A stretch of 61,861 nucleotides of DNA, taken from IMG/VR virus record IMGVR_UViG_3300042472_000345, positions 1 through 61,861 of that record. One strand, given 5' to 3'. Of the stretch, positions 28,391 through 37,774 are shown in pieces (positions within the stretch are counted from its first letter, which is position 1; every line of letters starts with the position of its first letter). This stretch comes from a virus. Lineage: Duplodnaviria > Caudoviricetes. The position numbers and the translations under genes are program-made. Under the pieces are notes generated by a model. The model was given only the letters and a program-made list of their open reading frames with translations. It was not told where the DNA came from and ran no database searches.

Positions 28391-30148
28391 ATGTCAACAA
28401 ATAATGATAATACAATACCAGTAGTAACAAGAACACAGGTCTATCTTACAGATCCTGAATTCTTCTGTAATAAGTCTTGGACTATTTCATATAATATGAA
28501 TACCAATAGTTGGATTTCATTTCACAGCTATATTCCTAATTGGTATATGGGTGAAAATAATTTCTTCTATTCAGGAATCAATGGCTGTTGTGATGATTTT
28601 GATTCTAATTTTATTGCATTTGTAGGTGATACAAATAAACCAACAACCTCTACAACTACCACAATTCCAACTAGACCAAATTATACAACCACTATAAGAT
28701 ATGTTCCATCATGTGATTTAGTGGGTGAAGCTACAGAACTGTTTTGTGAATTGGCTGGTGAAGTTGTAATTACAGTTTCAACAACAACAACAACTACAAC
28801 TTGTACACCACCTGATAATTTATTTACATATACTTTATATGCTGGATATCAATATGGTAGTGGTATGCCAATTGATTCAACATCAAGTTTGAATGATATG
28901 TGTAATGCTATGGCAATCATTAGACTTGGTAATCCATCAATCAGTGCTGTAACAATTAATGGTTATGCATTTAGTCTTGATGTTTTACAACTTGTTTATG
29001 ATAATCAATTTTCTAGTTGTACATTTATTCCTGATGGATATTATTACACATTAGAAAGCTTATCTGATGGATATGGATATTATGTAACTGATGGATACAT
29101 TGCTAGATTAGTAGATTGTAATTGTGGAACTACAACTACCACTACCACAATTGCACCAACAGTAGGAGAATGCTGTGGACTTTTATTTAGTGCAGCAGAT
29201 AAAATTTATGTTCTCAATGATGATGATAATCCTATAACAGAAGTAATTGTACCAGGATATGTAAGTGGATATGGAATAGCTATGACAGCAAATAAATTCT
29301 GGTCTATTGATACACAATTTATTGAATGGGATATAGCACTGTCTCCATTTAGCGCAATCTTTAATAGAAACATCACTTTCCCTGGAGGATTTACAACATC
29401 ATCAGGGATGGTGGCAATTGATGATGTAACATTAATTACAATTGATGATTCAACAACTCCTCAAGATGTAATAGAAATGGATGTTACAGGACTTGCAGGA
29501 GTTGCAACTATAATGTTTAGTTTACAAACTGATAGAGTTGCAATAGGAAACATGTTGTATACAACAGAAGCTAAACTTATTATAATCAATCAGGATGTAA
29601 CTACATCAGATTATTACATTACACAATATGACTATCCTACATCAGTGATCGAAATAGATTTAAATGTTGGAACGTCTTATGATCTTGTAACATTATCAGA
29701 ATGTAATTGTATTATATTTGCAGGAGATACTTCTGGAAACTTATATGCTGTAGATGAATTACTGTCAGGTATATTAATTCCTATATTTGGTACAGGGCTT
29801 ATTCTTGAATCAGCTACACAAGTAGCAAGTTGTGTTCCACAGTCACTTAATAGTAATGGTAATAATATAACTACAACTACAACAACTACAGTGTTTGTTC
29901 CAAATCCATTCTGTTATACTATCACTGTATCTGGCAATGGATCAGCTACGTTCACTTGGATAGATTATTTAGGAGTGGGACAATTCCAAACATTGGTTAA
30001 TGAAACAATTTACATATGTGCACAACTCAATACTATTGATGGAGAAACAACTGGAGAAGCTATAGTTACTCTTACAGGAGGAATAACTTCTTGTACATCT
30101 GATGGAGATTGTACACCCACAACAACAACAACAACAACTATTCCTTAA
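28391..30148 (+). CDS. muzzle-associated protein 2 with poly-Thr-linked accessory domains
   Basis: N-terminal SWTISY...WISFHSYIP segment, then Cys-rich domains separated by Thr runs. Confidence 0.6.
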   Translation: MSTNNDNTIPVVTRTQVYLTDPEFFCNKSWTISYNMNTNSWISFHSYIPNWYMGENNFFYSGINGCCDDFDSNFIAFVGDTNKPTTSTTTTIPTRPNYTTTIRYVPSCDLVGEATELFCELAGEVVITVSTTTTTTTCTPPDNLFTYTLYAGYQYGSGMPIDSTSSLNDMCNAMAIIRLGNPSISAVTINGYAFSLDVLQLVYDNQFSSCTFIPDGYYYTLESLSDGYGYYVTDGYIARLVDCNCGTTTTTTTIAPTVGECCGLLFSAADKIYVLNDDDNPITEVIVPGYVSGYGIAMTANKFWSIDTQFIEWDIALSPFSAIFNRNITFPGGFTTSSGMVAIDDVTLITIDDSTTPQDVIEMDVTGLAGVATIMFSLQTDRVAIGNMLYTTEAKLIIINQDVTTSDYYITQYDYPTSVIEIDLNVGTSYDLVTLSECNCIIFAGDTSGNLYAVDELLSGILIPIFGTGLILESATQVASCVPQSLNSNGNNITTTTTTTVFVPNPFCYTITVSGNGSATFTWIDYLGVGQFQTLVNETIYICAQLNTIDGETTGEAIVTLTGGITSCTSDGDCTPTTTTTTTIP

Positions 30149-30152
30149 TGAT

Positions 30153-31019
30153 ATGTCAAAGGTTATAACAATACGATTAACAACTGCTGGAGCAGGGACT
30201 GGACCATTCACGATCACAGATCAGTTTGGTAATGTTATAGCTACAAACGTTTCCAAAAAATCATTGATGGCAGGAATTAGTTATGTAGTTGATAATGTAG
30301 TTGACATAATAACAATTGAATCTACAGGAAAATGTAAATTAAAAAAATCATTCACTCTACAATCAATTACTAGAACTGACTATGCAGCTTTAACATATAC
30401 ACAATCTACTAGTGCATGTCTATGGAGACATCTTACTGACATACATACATATAACTACTATTATGGAAAAATAGAACCATACATTATCGAATACCCTTTT
30501 ACATATCAATACCAAGATGAGATCTTACAGAATGTAAAAGATTACACCAAGGCATATGAATACATTCCTATTCCTGATGGTGTATTTAGTTACAATACAA
30601 AAGTTGAAACAAACGATAAATGGTTCAACAAAGCTATTCTATATAATGGACAACAAAGCTCAGGGTTATTAGAACTTGTAGCAAAACCAATAAATAACTT
30701 ACAAGCATACAACTTATATCCTATCTTTAACACTAATAGTAAAACTATCACTTATACTAAGAGTGATAACTTCTATCAGTATAATACATTCTGGGCATTG
30801 CAGAAGAGTTCTCAGATTCCATTATTCAACACGTCTTGTGAAAGCCTTTCAATTGATAAGGTGATTAATCAATCTAACATGGACTATGGATCTAGATCAT
30901 TTAAGAAAGCTACCCTTAGAGCAAAAGAACTTAAGGTGAGACACATCTTAGATAACTCTGCAACAGTACACTTAGTTAGTCAATTCATAATAGCTCCTGC
31001 TATGATAAGCTATAAATAA
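30153..31019 (+). CDS. muzzle-associated protein 3 (probable C-terminal part)
   Basis: ORF 30102..31019, likely ATG 30153; N-terminal domain similar to that of the 19404 ORF, then LWRH...FNKAILYN...LRAK. Confidence 0.55.
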   Translation: MSKVITIRLTTAGAGTGPFTITDQFGNVIATNVSKKSLMAGISYVVDNVVDIITIESTGKCKLKKSFTLQSITRTDYAALTYTQSTSACLWRHLTDIHTYNYYYGKIEPYIIEYPFTYQYQDEILQNVKDYTKAYEYIPIPDGVFSYNTKVETNDKWFNKAILYNGQQSSGLLELVAKPINNLQAYNLYPIFNTNSKTITYTKSDNFYQYNTFWALQKSSQIPLFNTSCESLSIDKVINQSNMDYGSRSFKKATLRAKELKVRHILDNSATVHLVSQFIIAPAMISYK

Positions 31020-31061
31020 AATAGTTATGGAAATTTGGAAACACGTAATCTCTTACAAATA

Positions 31062-33341
31062 ATGAGTAGTGGTAAAGTAAAATGCACATGTGGATGGAGT
31101 TGGAACAAGTCTGATTCTAGCAAGAAAGATTTGTACATATGTCATGAGTGTGGTAGAGACAATAGTAACAACATGAAGAATGGTGGTTGGCTAGACAACT
31201 ATGGTGAGGAAGAAAACTATAATGATTATGAAGTTTCTGCTCCTGAAGGATTTGAAGGAGATGGATATAGTAACGTAGGACGTAACTATTCTCCTGCATG
31301 GGGGGGACAGTTTCAAAAAGGGGGTAAACTTAAATTCTTACAACCTACAGATGAAAATCTACCTGAAGGATATGTTATTCCATATAACACTCCTAGTTCT
31401 GAACTAGCTATGTCAATAGGAGGAGAGAATGGGGAACCAGCTTATTTAATCCCTAGCTTTAAATATGGACAACCATTAGATGATCCATTAGCAGAGTTTA
31501 GAAAAACTGGAGAACATCTTGGTGGTCCATTTAAGACATATCAAGAAGCTGATGAATGGGAAAGAACTGTAAGACATCCTGCTGTTGAAAGAAAAGAAAC
31601 TATAATGTTTCCTCAAGAAAAATTTCAACAAGGTGGTGACATTCCTCAACCTACATCAGGTATAGGTAATATATTTAGTAATATGATGGGAGGAAGAAAT
31701 AACTCTCAGTATGAAGTGTATGGGGATAACTCTGCACGTAACCTTAATACATTCAATCCACACTATACAAGAATAGATAAAAAAGAACCTGTTCCTGGTG
31801 CTGAACTTCCTAAAGAAGAAATAAAACTATTTAGAGAAGATGTTCCTGCAGACACAGGATTTATTCCTAAATATTTTTCACAATCATCTACAAGTGACGA
31901 TGATGAATATTCAAGAATACGACCCATATACAGAAAAAAGAAAAAACCTATATATAATATAGAACCAGAAGATGAAGAACTAGAAGAAGATGAAGAGTCA
32001 GAATTTACTGATCCAATCAGTTGGATAATTGATAAAATAACAGATCTCTTTACACCATCTGATGATGAAGAAAATGAATCTGGAGAAAAAGAATCTTGGA
32101 ACATCAAACAAAGAAATACTCGAATGAAAGGTGAGGGAGGAGCGTATGATGCAATGAATATTAATACAAGTGATCCTGAACAAATTAAACGAGCACAAAG
32201 AAAAGCTGACATATTTAATACATCTATAAAGAAGAAATATGGAAACTCCAAGAACCCTAAAGCAATTGAAAGAGCAAACACAATAAAAGATACTGTTACT
32301 GTAACTCCTAATCTTGCAATGGGTGGTTCTGTTCCAGGAGCTGTAGGATTCACATACGCACGTACGAAGGGTATTCCTTCCAATGGTCCATATGCAAAGA
32401 AGACATTGGCTAGTGCACAGGATGGGGAACAATTAGATATGCATGGAAATCCAATGTTTGCAAGGAGAGTAGATAATCCTAATGTAAATAGAAGTTACTA
32501 TGATCCTAGGTTAAACACAATGAACATAGGGACTGATTACACTACATGGAAAGATGATGAGGGTAACCAATTAACAGGAGAAGATTTAAAACTTCATCAA
32601 GATCAGTTATTAGCACATGAAAATTATCACGCTATTCAGCATTCAGAAGGTAGAGATAATTATGACATAGCTCATGATACAGATGATAGACTATGGGCTG
32701 AGATGCAAAATCCACCACAGATGATGACCACTGATGCTGTATGGAATAATTTTTATAATAGAAGCGATTTAGAAAATCAAGAAGACTATATACAATTAAT
32801 AAACGATGTTCCAGAAGCAAGAATTCTTAATAAATATTTATTATTTGATAAAGTTCTTGACAGTCAAAGATATACTAATCCTTTAAACCTAGAAGGAGAG
32901 GCAAAGTATTATGAAGAAGTAGGAAAAGAGTATGACTACAAAAATGGTGGATCAATGTCTTATTACCAACATGGACTAGATTGGAAACCTAAAGGAATGA
33001 AGAATGGTGGGTGGTTAGATTCATTTGCTGAAGGTGGGATCATTAAAGATGACAGAGGACAATGGGCTCATCCTGGAGAGATAACAGAAATAGGTTCTAA
33101 CAATATAACCATGCAAGGAGTTCCTTATGATGTATTAGGAATATCTGATACTGGTGATACAAAACTAATGAAACCAGGAAAGAACTATAAGTTCAAAGGA
33201 AAGAAAGTAACAGAGTTTCCAATGGCTAAGAATGGTGTAAATCAACAAGATGAAAAAACTTTTGAACAGTTAGATCAATTAACTAACTTTACAAACTATA
33301 ACAAACCACAACCAGGTGGATGGTTGAACAAATACAATTAA
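31062..33341 (+). CDS. putative internal virion (cargo) protein with Zn-ribbon, zincin HExxH domain and repeated xxxGG motifs
   Basis: Likely ATG 31062; CTCG...CHECG; HENYH at 32616-32630 with downstream EGEA; recurring MKNGG/FQQGG/FAEGG. Confidence 0.6.
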   Translation: MSSGKVKCTCGWSWNKSDSSKKDLYICHECGRDNSNNMKNGGWLDNYGEEENYNDYEVSAPEGFEGDGYSNVGRNYSPAWGGQFQKGGKLKFLQPTDENLPEGYVIPYNTPSSELAMSIGGENGEPAYLIPSFKYGQPLDDPLAEFRKTGEHLGGPFKTYQEADEWERTVRHPAVERKETIMFPQEKFQQGGDIPQPTSGIGNIFSNMMGGRNNSQYEVYGDNSARNLNTFNPHYTRIDKKEPVPGAELPKEEIKLFREDVPADTGFIPKYFSQSSTSDDDEYSRIRPIYRKKKKPIYNIEPEDEELEEDEESEFTDPISWIIDKITDLFTPSDDEENESGEKESWNIKQRNTRMKGEGGAYDAMNINTSDPEQIKRAQRKADIFNTSIKKKYGNSKNPKAIERANTIKDTVTVTPNLAMGGSVPGAVGFTYARTKGIPSNGPYAKKTLASAQDGEQLDMHGNPMFARRVDNPNVNRSYYDPRLNTMNIGTDYTTWKDDEGNQLTGEDLKLHQDQLLAHENYHAIQHSEGRDNYDIAHDTDDRLWAEMQNPPQMMTTDAVWNNFYNRSDLENQEDYIQLINDVPEARILNKYLLFDKVLDSQRYTNPLNLEGEAKYYEEVGKEYDYKNGGSMSYYQHGLDWKPKGMKNGGWLDSFAEGGIIKDDRGQWAHPGEITEIGSNNITMQGVPYDVLGISDTGDTKLMKPGKNYKFKGKKVTEFPMAKNGVNQQDEKTFEQLDQLTNFTNYNKPQPGGWLNKYN

Positions 33342-33342
33342 T

Positions 33343-36300
33343 ATGAAGGCTCAAATATTAAAAATTGCTGGTGTTAAATCTGAAAAAGAATTCTATAAAA
33401 AGTATCCTTCAGAAGAAGCATTTATGAAAGTGCATGGTAAAGAGTTTAAGAAAGCTCAAACTTCTAATGCTGTTGAGAAAGCTCAATTTGGTAATCAATT
33501 TTCTGCCCCTAATTGGTATCAGAATAATCAACCATATGGTATATCATCAACTCCTGGTGCAGGATTCAATCCTGGGAATACAAACATTCCAGCAGGAGGA
33601 ATAAGTGCACCTAATGCGCAAGCCTTTGCTAATCAATCATTTCAAACACAAGATCCATTTGCGTTAAATAATAAAGTTGGAAAACGATGGGCTACAAACA
33701 ATCAACTTCCAGCAGGTGTTACAGATAGAAGTGTTCCTGAAGATATAGGATTTACTCCTCAATCTCCTGCAAAAGAAACAAGTGGAATTAGTAGTGCTCT
33801 AGGAGCACTTCCAATAATAGGTGGAATAGTACAAGGACTTGATGCATTTGAACAAGAGAAAGATGCAGTGAAGCAAGCAAGACAAGATAAAGCAATAAGT
33901 GATGTACAACTTAAAGCTCAACAATCTTCAAAAAGAGCTCAACCTATTGAGCGTAAATATGTAAGACCTGAAGATGCATTGACAAGTGCTAACCAAGTAT
34001 TTCCTACAATGGGTGTAGGTACAAATATTCTTAAACGTAATGGTGGTTTTGTAGATAAGGCACAGAATGGTTATGTGACAGAAGAGAAATCAGACTTAAT
34101 AAATAAATATCCAAATGCTGCAAGACAAAAAGCAGCTATTGAAAATAGAAAATCTAATCAAGTGGCATTTGGTCCACAAGAAGCACCAGCAGGATATGTG
34201 GCTCCTAAAGAAACTGAAACTATCAAAGCTATATCAAAACCTAAAAGTAAAGAGGTTTGGAAGATATGGGAAGATACAACAGGTACACCTTGGAGTGAAG
34301 CAAAGAAAAAAGGATATACAGATGGATCAGCTAAAAATAATTTAGCATTAGCTGACAGATTACTAAGAGGTGAAAAATTAACTCCTCCTGGTGGAAGTAA
34401 ACCTTCTGCTAAAAAACAAGTTGGTAAACAACAAACATTTGCTCAAGCAATGGCAAGTAAACCAAAGATGGGCAAAAAAGATTTTGGAAATATACAAGAT
34501 CCAGAAGAAGATAATTTCATAACTAGAACAGGAGAAGTGTTAGCTAATCCTTTACAGAGTTATGCTCACTATAGTAAGTATGGTGAACTTCCTGCAGAAG
34601 GGTTCTCTAAAAATAATAAGAATGCATACGATGAAGTTTTAGGAGCAATAAATCCTGCATACTGGGTAAACTCAGCAGCTAATGCAAGTGACTATGCAAC
34701 TGAAGGAGAATATAAAAGAGCAGGGATGGAAGCATTAGGAGCACTCCCAGCATTAGGGTTATTGAAAAACACTAAATACTTACCATATCTCCAAGGACTT
34801 CCAGGAGCAAGAAATTATCAAAGAGCAGCAAAACAAATAGGTGAAGGTGCAAAAAGATTAGGTCAAGGTGCTCCTAAACAATTAGGTGCAAGAACTGTGA
34901 AACAACTTGGACCAGGGAAAATGAAACAGATAGGAAGAGGACCTCATCCTAATTTTGTAATGTATGAAGATGGAGGAGAGATCCAAAACACTTATGCTCC
35001 TGGAACGTTATATGATGATCTTGGATATGAGCCCCTCAATGATTCATCTATGGTAAAAGGATATAGACATGGTGGACATGTTCCACAAGCACAGAGTGGG
35101 TGGAGCAATTGGCTAAATACAATAAATGGTGGAGGAAGTGGATTCTCTGGTGTTGATGGTGCTTCTGGTGCTGGTAGTTCTTTGGGACAATATGGTCAAA
35201 TTGGTGGCAATTTAGCAAATGCTGTAACAGGTAACAATGCAGGTGGGGCTATTGGTGGATCTGTAGGTGGAGCTGTTGGTAGTATATTTGGACCAGCTGG
35301 TTCAGCTATTGGACAAACAGCAGGAGCATTAATTGGTGGATTTGCTGATCAAAATCCAAAAGAGATAGAAAGATTACGAAGACAAACAGAAAGAAATCAA
35401 CAAACTATAATGCTTAACCAAAAGCTTCCTGCTATACAAGCAGGTTATGCCTCTCACATGAAAGATGGTGGATGGGTAAGTCATGATTGGCAGCCACAAG
35501 TTATTACACAATTTGGTGATCATAGTATGAAAAAACTATTAGCTCCAGATGAAACTATGGATACGTTAAGAAGTGGTGGGCACATTAGTGGTCGTTACGT
35601 ACAGCCTAGCCCTAGTGCATTAGAAACTATGGCATTAGGTGGACAAGTTAAAACTACTTGGGGTGGACATGCTGAAACTATTTCTCAAAATCCATACATG
35701 CCAGGTACAGGTGAAACTATTATGTTCAGAGGAAAGTCACATGATGAATCTGATGGTAATGGTCACACAGGTATTGGTGTTAAATATGGTGAAGGTGGAC
35801 ACGATTCATATACAGACTATGCTGAGTATGGTTCACAGAACGCTGATGCTGATGTAGAAGTGGAAAGAAATGAACCAGCATTTGAAATGGAAGATCCTGA
35901 AACAGGTGAGAAAAACTTAACTGTATTAGGTAATCTTAAATTTGATAAAAGAATTGCAGCACAAACAGGTGATCAAGATATTATTGCTTTATCAAATAAA
36001 TACAATGGTAAGAAATTTAAGAATATTGGAGATATTATTTCTAAACAAGAAGCTAAAGAGAATAAAGTTATTGCTAGTTCGACAGACAAGTTAAATGGAT
36101 TAGATGTAAACAACTCATTTGATAAACTTACACTTTCTGCACTTAAAGCAAATATCCAAGGAGCTAATGCAAAACTAAAAGGTTATGCAACAGATAAAAT
36201 GAATCTTGCCAATTTCCAAAACGCAATCAATGATTCATCTGAAGAACATTATTTAGATGCTGATAGTCTTGCACAAGGAAGAGGTAAAGTTAATAAAGAA

Positions 36301-37662
36301 GCTATCAATGAAGCTAGATATGGTACCAAGTTAGAGAAAGCTCAGAATGGTAAATATAAAGTTCAAGGAAAAGGTAAGAAATGGTCTTTCACTCCTGCAG
36401 GACAAACAGGTGTTGCTGAATGGGATGATCCAGGACTATATGTAACTCAATGGGGAAAATCTATTGATGATGCTCTTGCTGATAAAGATAGAGCTGATCA
36501 AATGATTAAGTATATGGAAAGTGCTCCTGGACCTGAAGGACAAAAGATTAAAGAAGATCTTGCTAGTAAAAAAACTCGTGATGAAAAAATAAAATTTATA
36601 AAAGAGCAATCAAGTAACTCTCAAGTTGGAGATATGCATTATATTATTAAAGCAGCAAGAGATGTCACTATGCCAAAAGCAAAAGCACCTACAACTACAC
36701 AAACTACTACAGCTGCTGTTGCTACAGATGACCAATACGAAGTTATTCCTTACGAAAGAAATAAATGGGTGGATATATTAGGACAAGTGTTACCATTCTT
36801 TAGACCTACAGATCAAGAAGGACTTGATCCACGACAGTTGTCTGGAGAGATGTATGCTTTAAGTAACAACTTAGTTGATCCTGTACAAGCTCAAACTTAT
36901 CAACCTGAACTTAGTTCTCCATATGATATTTCATTACAAGATCAAATGAATGAGATTACTGCTCAAACAAGAGCTGCTCAAAGAATGGCACAAGGTAATC
37001 CTGAAGCCCAAGCATTGATTGCATCAAATGCATATGATGCTATTAACAAAGTGAAAGGTGAAGAGTTTAGAGCTAACCAAGCAATGAAAGATAAAGTGTA
37101 TGGTGAGAATAGAAACACATTGAATGATGCTAAAATTAAAAACCTAGCTATATACGATCAACAATACCAAAGACAATCACAAGCTGTTTCTAATACAAAA
37201 GAAGCTACACAAGCTGCATTGAATTCTATTGCTGATAAGTATGGTAAGAACAAACTTGAAAACAGAACTCTTGGTGTATACGAAAACTTGTATAATTACA
37301 GATATGATAATGCTGGTAGAGCAATCAATATGAATGCTCCACAACAATTTAATATGCCTTACATATATGGTCCTGGTGGAGAGATTACACATGTTGCTCA
37401 GAAAGATGAAAAAGGAAATATAATTGGATATACAGAAGTTAAGAAAAAAGCTGGAACAACTACTACACCTGCTCAAACAAAAACTACTCCTGTCATACCT
37501 ACAAATAATACTCCTGCAACAACATCTCCAACTACAACATTGTATTCTCCTATTGTAATTGATTATGATGATCCTCTTGCACCACTTCCAGGTAAGAATG
37601 GAAAAAAATTAAAACTTGCTGCTAAGAATGGATCTATTGTAAGAGCTGCTAGAAATCTCTAA
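33343..37662 (+). CDS. putative internal virion/ejection protein with glycine zipper
   Basis: 1439 aa; GGAIGGSVGGAVGSIFGPAGSAIG glycine zipper, coiled coils, repeated xxxGG/AQxG motifs; precedes the RNAP-type genes. Confidence 0.6.
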   Translation: MKAQILKIAGVKSEKEFYKKYPSEEAFMKVHGKEFKKAQTSNAVEKAQFGNQFSAPNWYQNNQPYGISSTPGAGFNPGNTNIPAGGISAPNAQAFANQSFQTQDPFALNNKVGKRWATNNQLPAGVTDRSVPEDIGFTPQSPAKETSGISSALGALPIIGGIVQGLDAFEQEKDAVKQARQDKAISDVQLKAQQSSKRAQPIERKYVRPEDALTSANQVFPTMGVGTNILKRNGGFVDKAQNGYVTEEKSDLINKYPNAARQKAAIENRKSNQVAFGPQEAPAGYVAPKETETIKAISKPKSKEVWKIWEDTTGTPWSEAKKKGYTDGSAKNNLALADRLLRGEKLTPPGGSKPSAKKQVGKQQTFAQAMASKPKMGKKDFGNIQDPEEDNFITRTGEVLANPLQSYAHYSKYGELPAEGFSKNNKNAYDEVLGAINPAYWVNSAANASDYATEGEYKRAGMEALGALPALGLLKNTKYLPYLQGLPGARNYQRAAKQIGEGAKRLGQGAPKQLGARTVKQLGPGKMKQIGRGPHPNFVMYEDGGEIQNTYAPGTLYDDLGYEPLNDSSMVKGYRHGGHVPQAQSGWSNWLNTINGGGSGFSGVDGASGAGSSLGQYGQIGGNLANAVTGNNAGGAIGGSVGGAVGSIFGPAGSAIGQTAGALIGGFADQNPKEIERLRRQTERNQQTIMLNQKLPAIQAGYASHMKDGGWVSHDWQPQVITQFGDHSMKKLLAPDETMDTLRSGGHISGRYVQPSPSALETMALGGQVKTTWGGHAETISQNPYMPGTGETIMFRGKSHDESDGNGHTGIGVKYGEGGHDSYTDYAEYGSQNADADVEVERNEPAFEMEDPETGEKNLTVLGNLKFDKRIAAQTGDQDIIALSNKYNGKKFKNIGDIISKQEAKENKVIASSTDKLNGLDVNNSFDKLTLSALKANIQGANAKLKGYATDKMNLANFQNAINDSSEEHYLDADSLAQGRGKVNKEAINEARYGTKLEKAQNGKYKVQGKGKKWSFTPAGQTGVAEWDDPGLYVTQWGKSIDDALADKDRADQMIKYMESAPGPEGQKIKEDLASKKTRDEKIKFIKEQSSNSQVGDMHYIIKAARDVTMPKAKAPTTTQTTTAAVATDDQYEVIPYERNKWVDILGQVLPFFRPTDQEGLDPRQLSGEMYALSNNLVDPVQAQTYQPELSSPYDISLQDQMNEITAQTRAAQRMAQGNPEAQALIASNAYDAINKVKGEEFRANQAMKDKVYGENRNTLNDAKIKNLAIYDQQYQRQSQAVSNTKEATQAALNSIADKYGKNKLENRTLGVYENLYNYRYDNAGRAINMNAPQQFNMPYIYGPGGEITHVAQKDEKGNIIGYTEVKKKAGTTTTPAQTKTTPVIPTNNTPATTSPTTTLYSPIVIDYDDPLAPLPGKNGKKLKLAAKNGSIVRAARNL

Positions 37663-37704
37663 CTTTTTTAGTTATAAAGAATTACCAAAATTTATTACTC
37701 ACTA

Positions 37705-37735
37705 TTGGATAGTATTATTATTCATATTACATTTG
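37705..37735 (+). promoter_or_regulatory. Bacteroidota-type promoter for the RNAP/ejection genes
   Basis: TTG 37705-37707, 20-nt spacer, TACATTTG 37728-37735. Confidence 0.65.
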
Positions 37736-37774
37736 CTAATCACACGATAAATCGTGTATAAAAAATAAAGACCT

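Noticed and set aside
31763-32432. 206-aa and 144-aa minus-strand ORFs
   Set aside because: Antisense shadows of the acidic region of ORF 31062, with no independent motifs or expression signals
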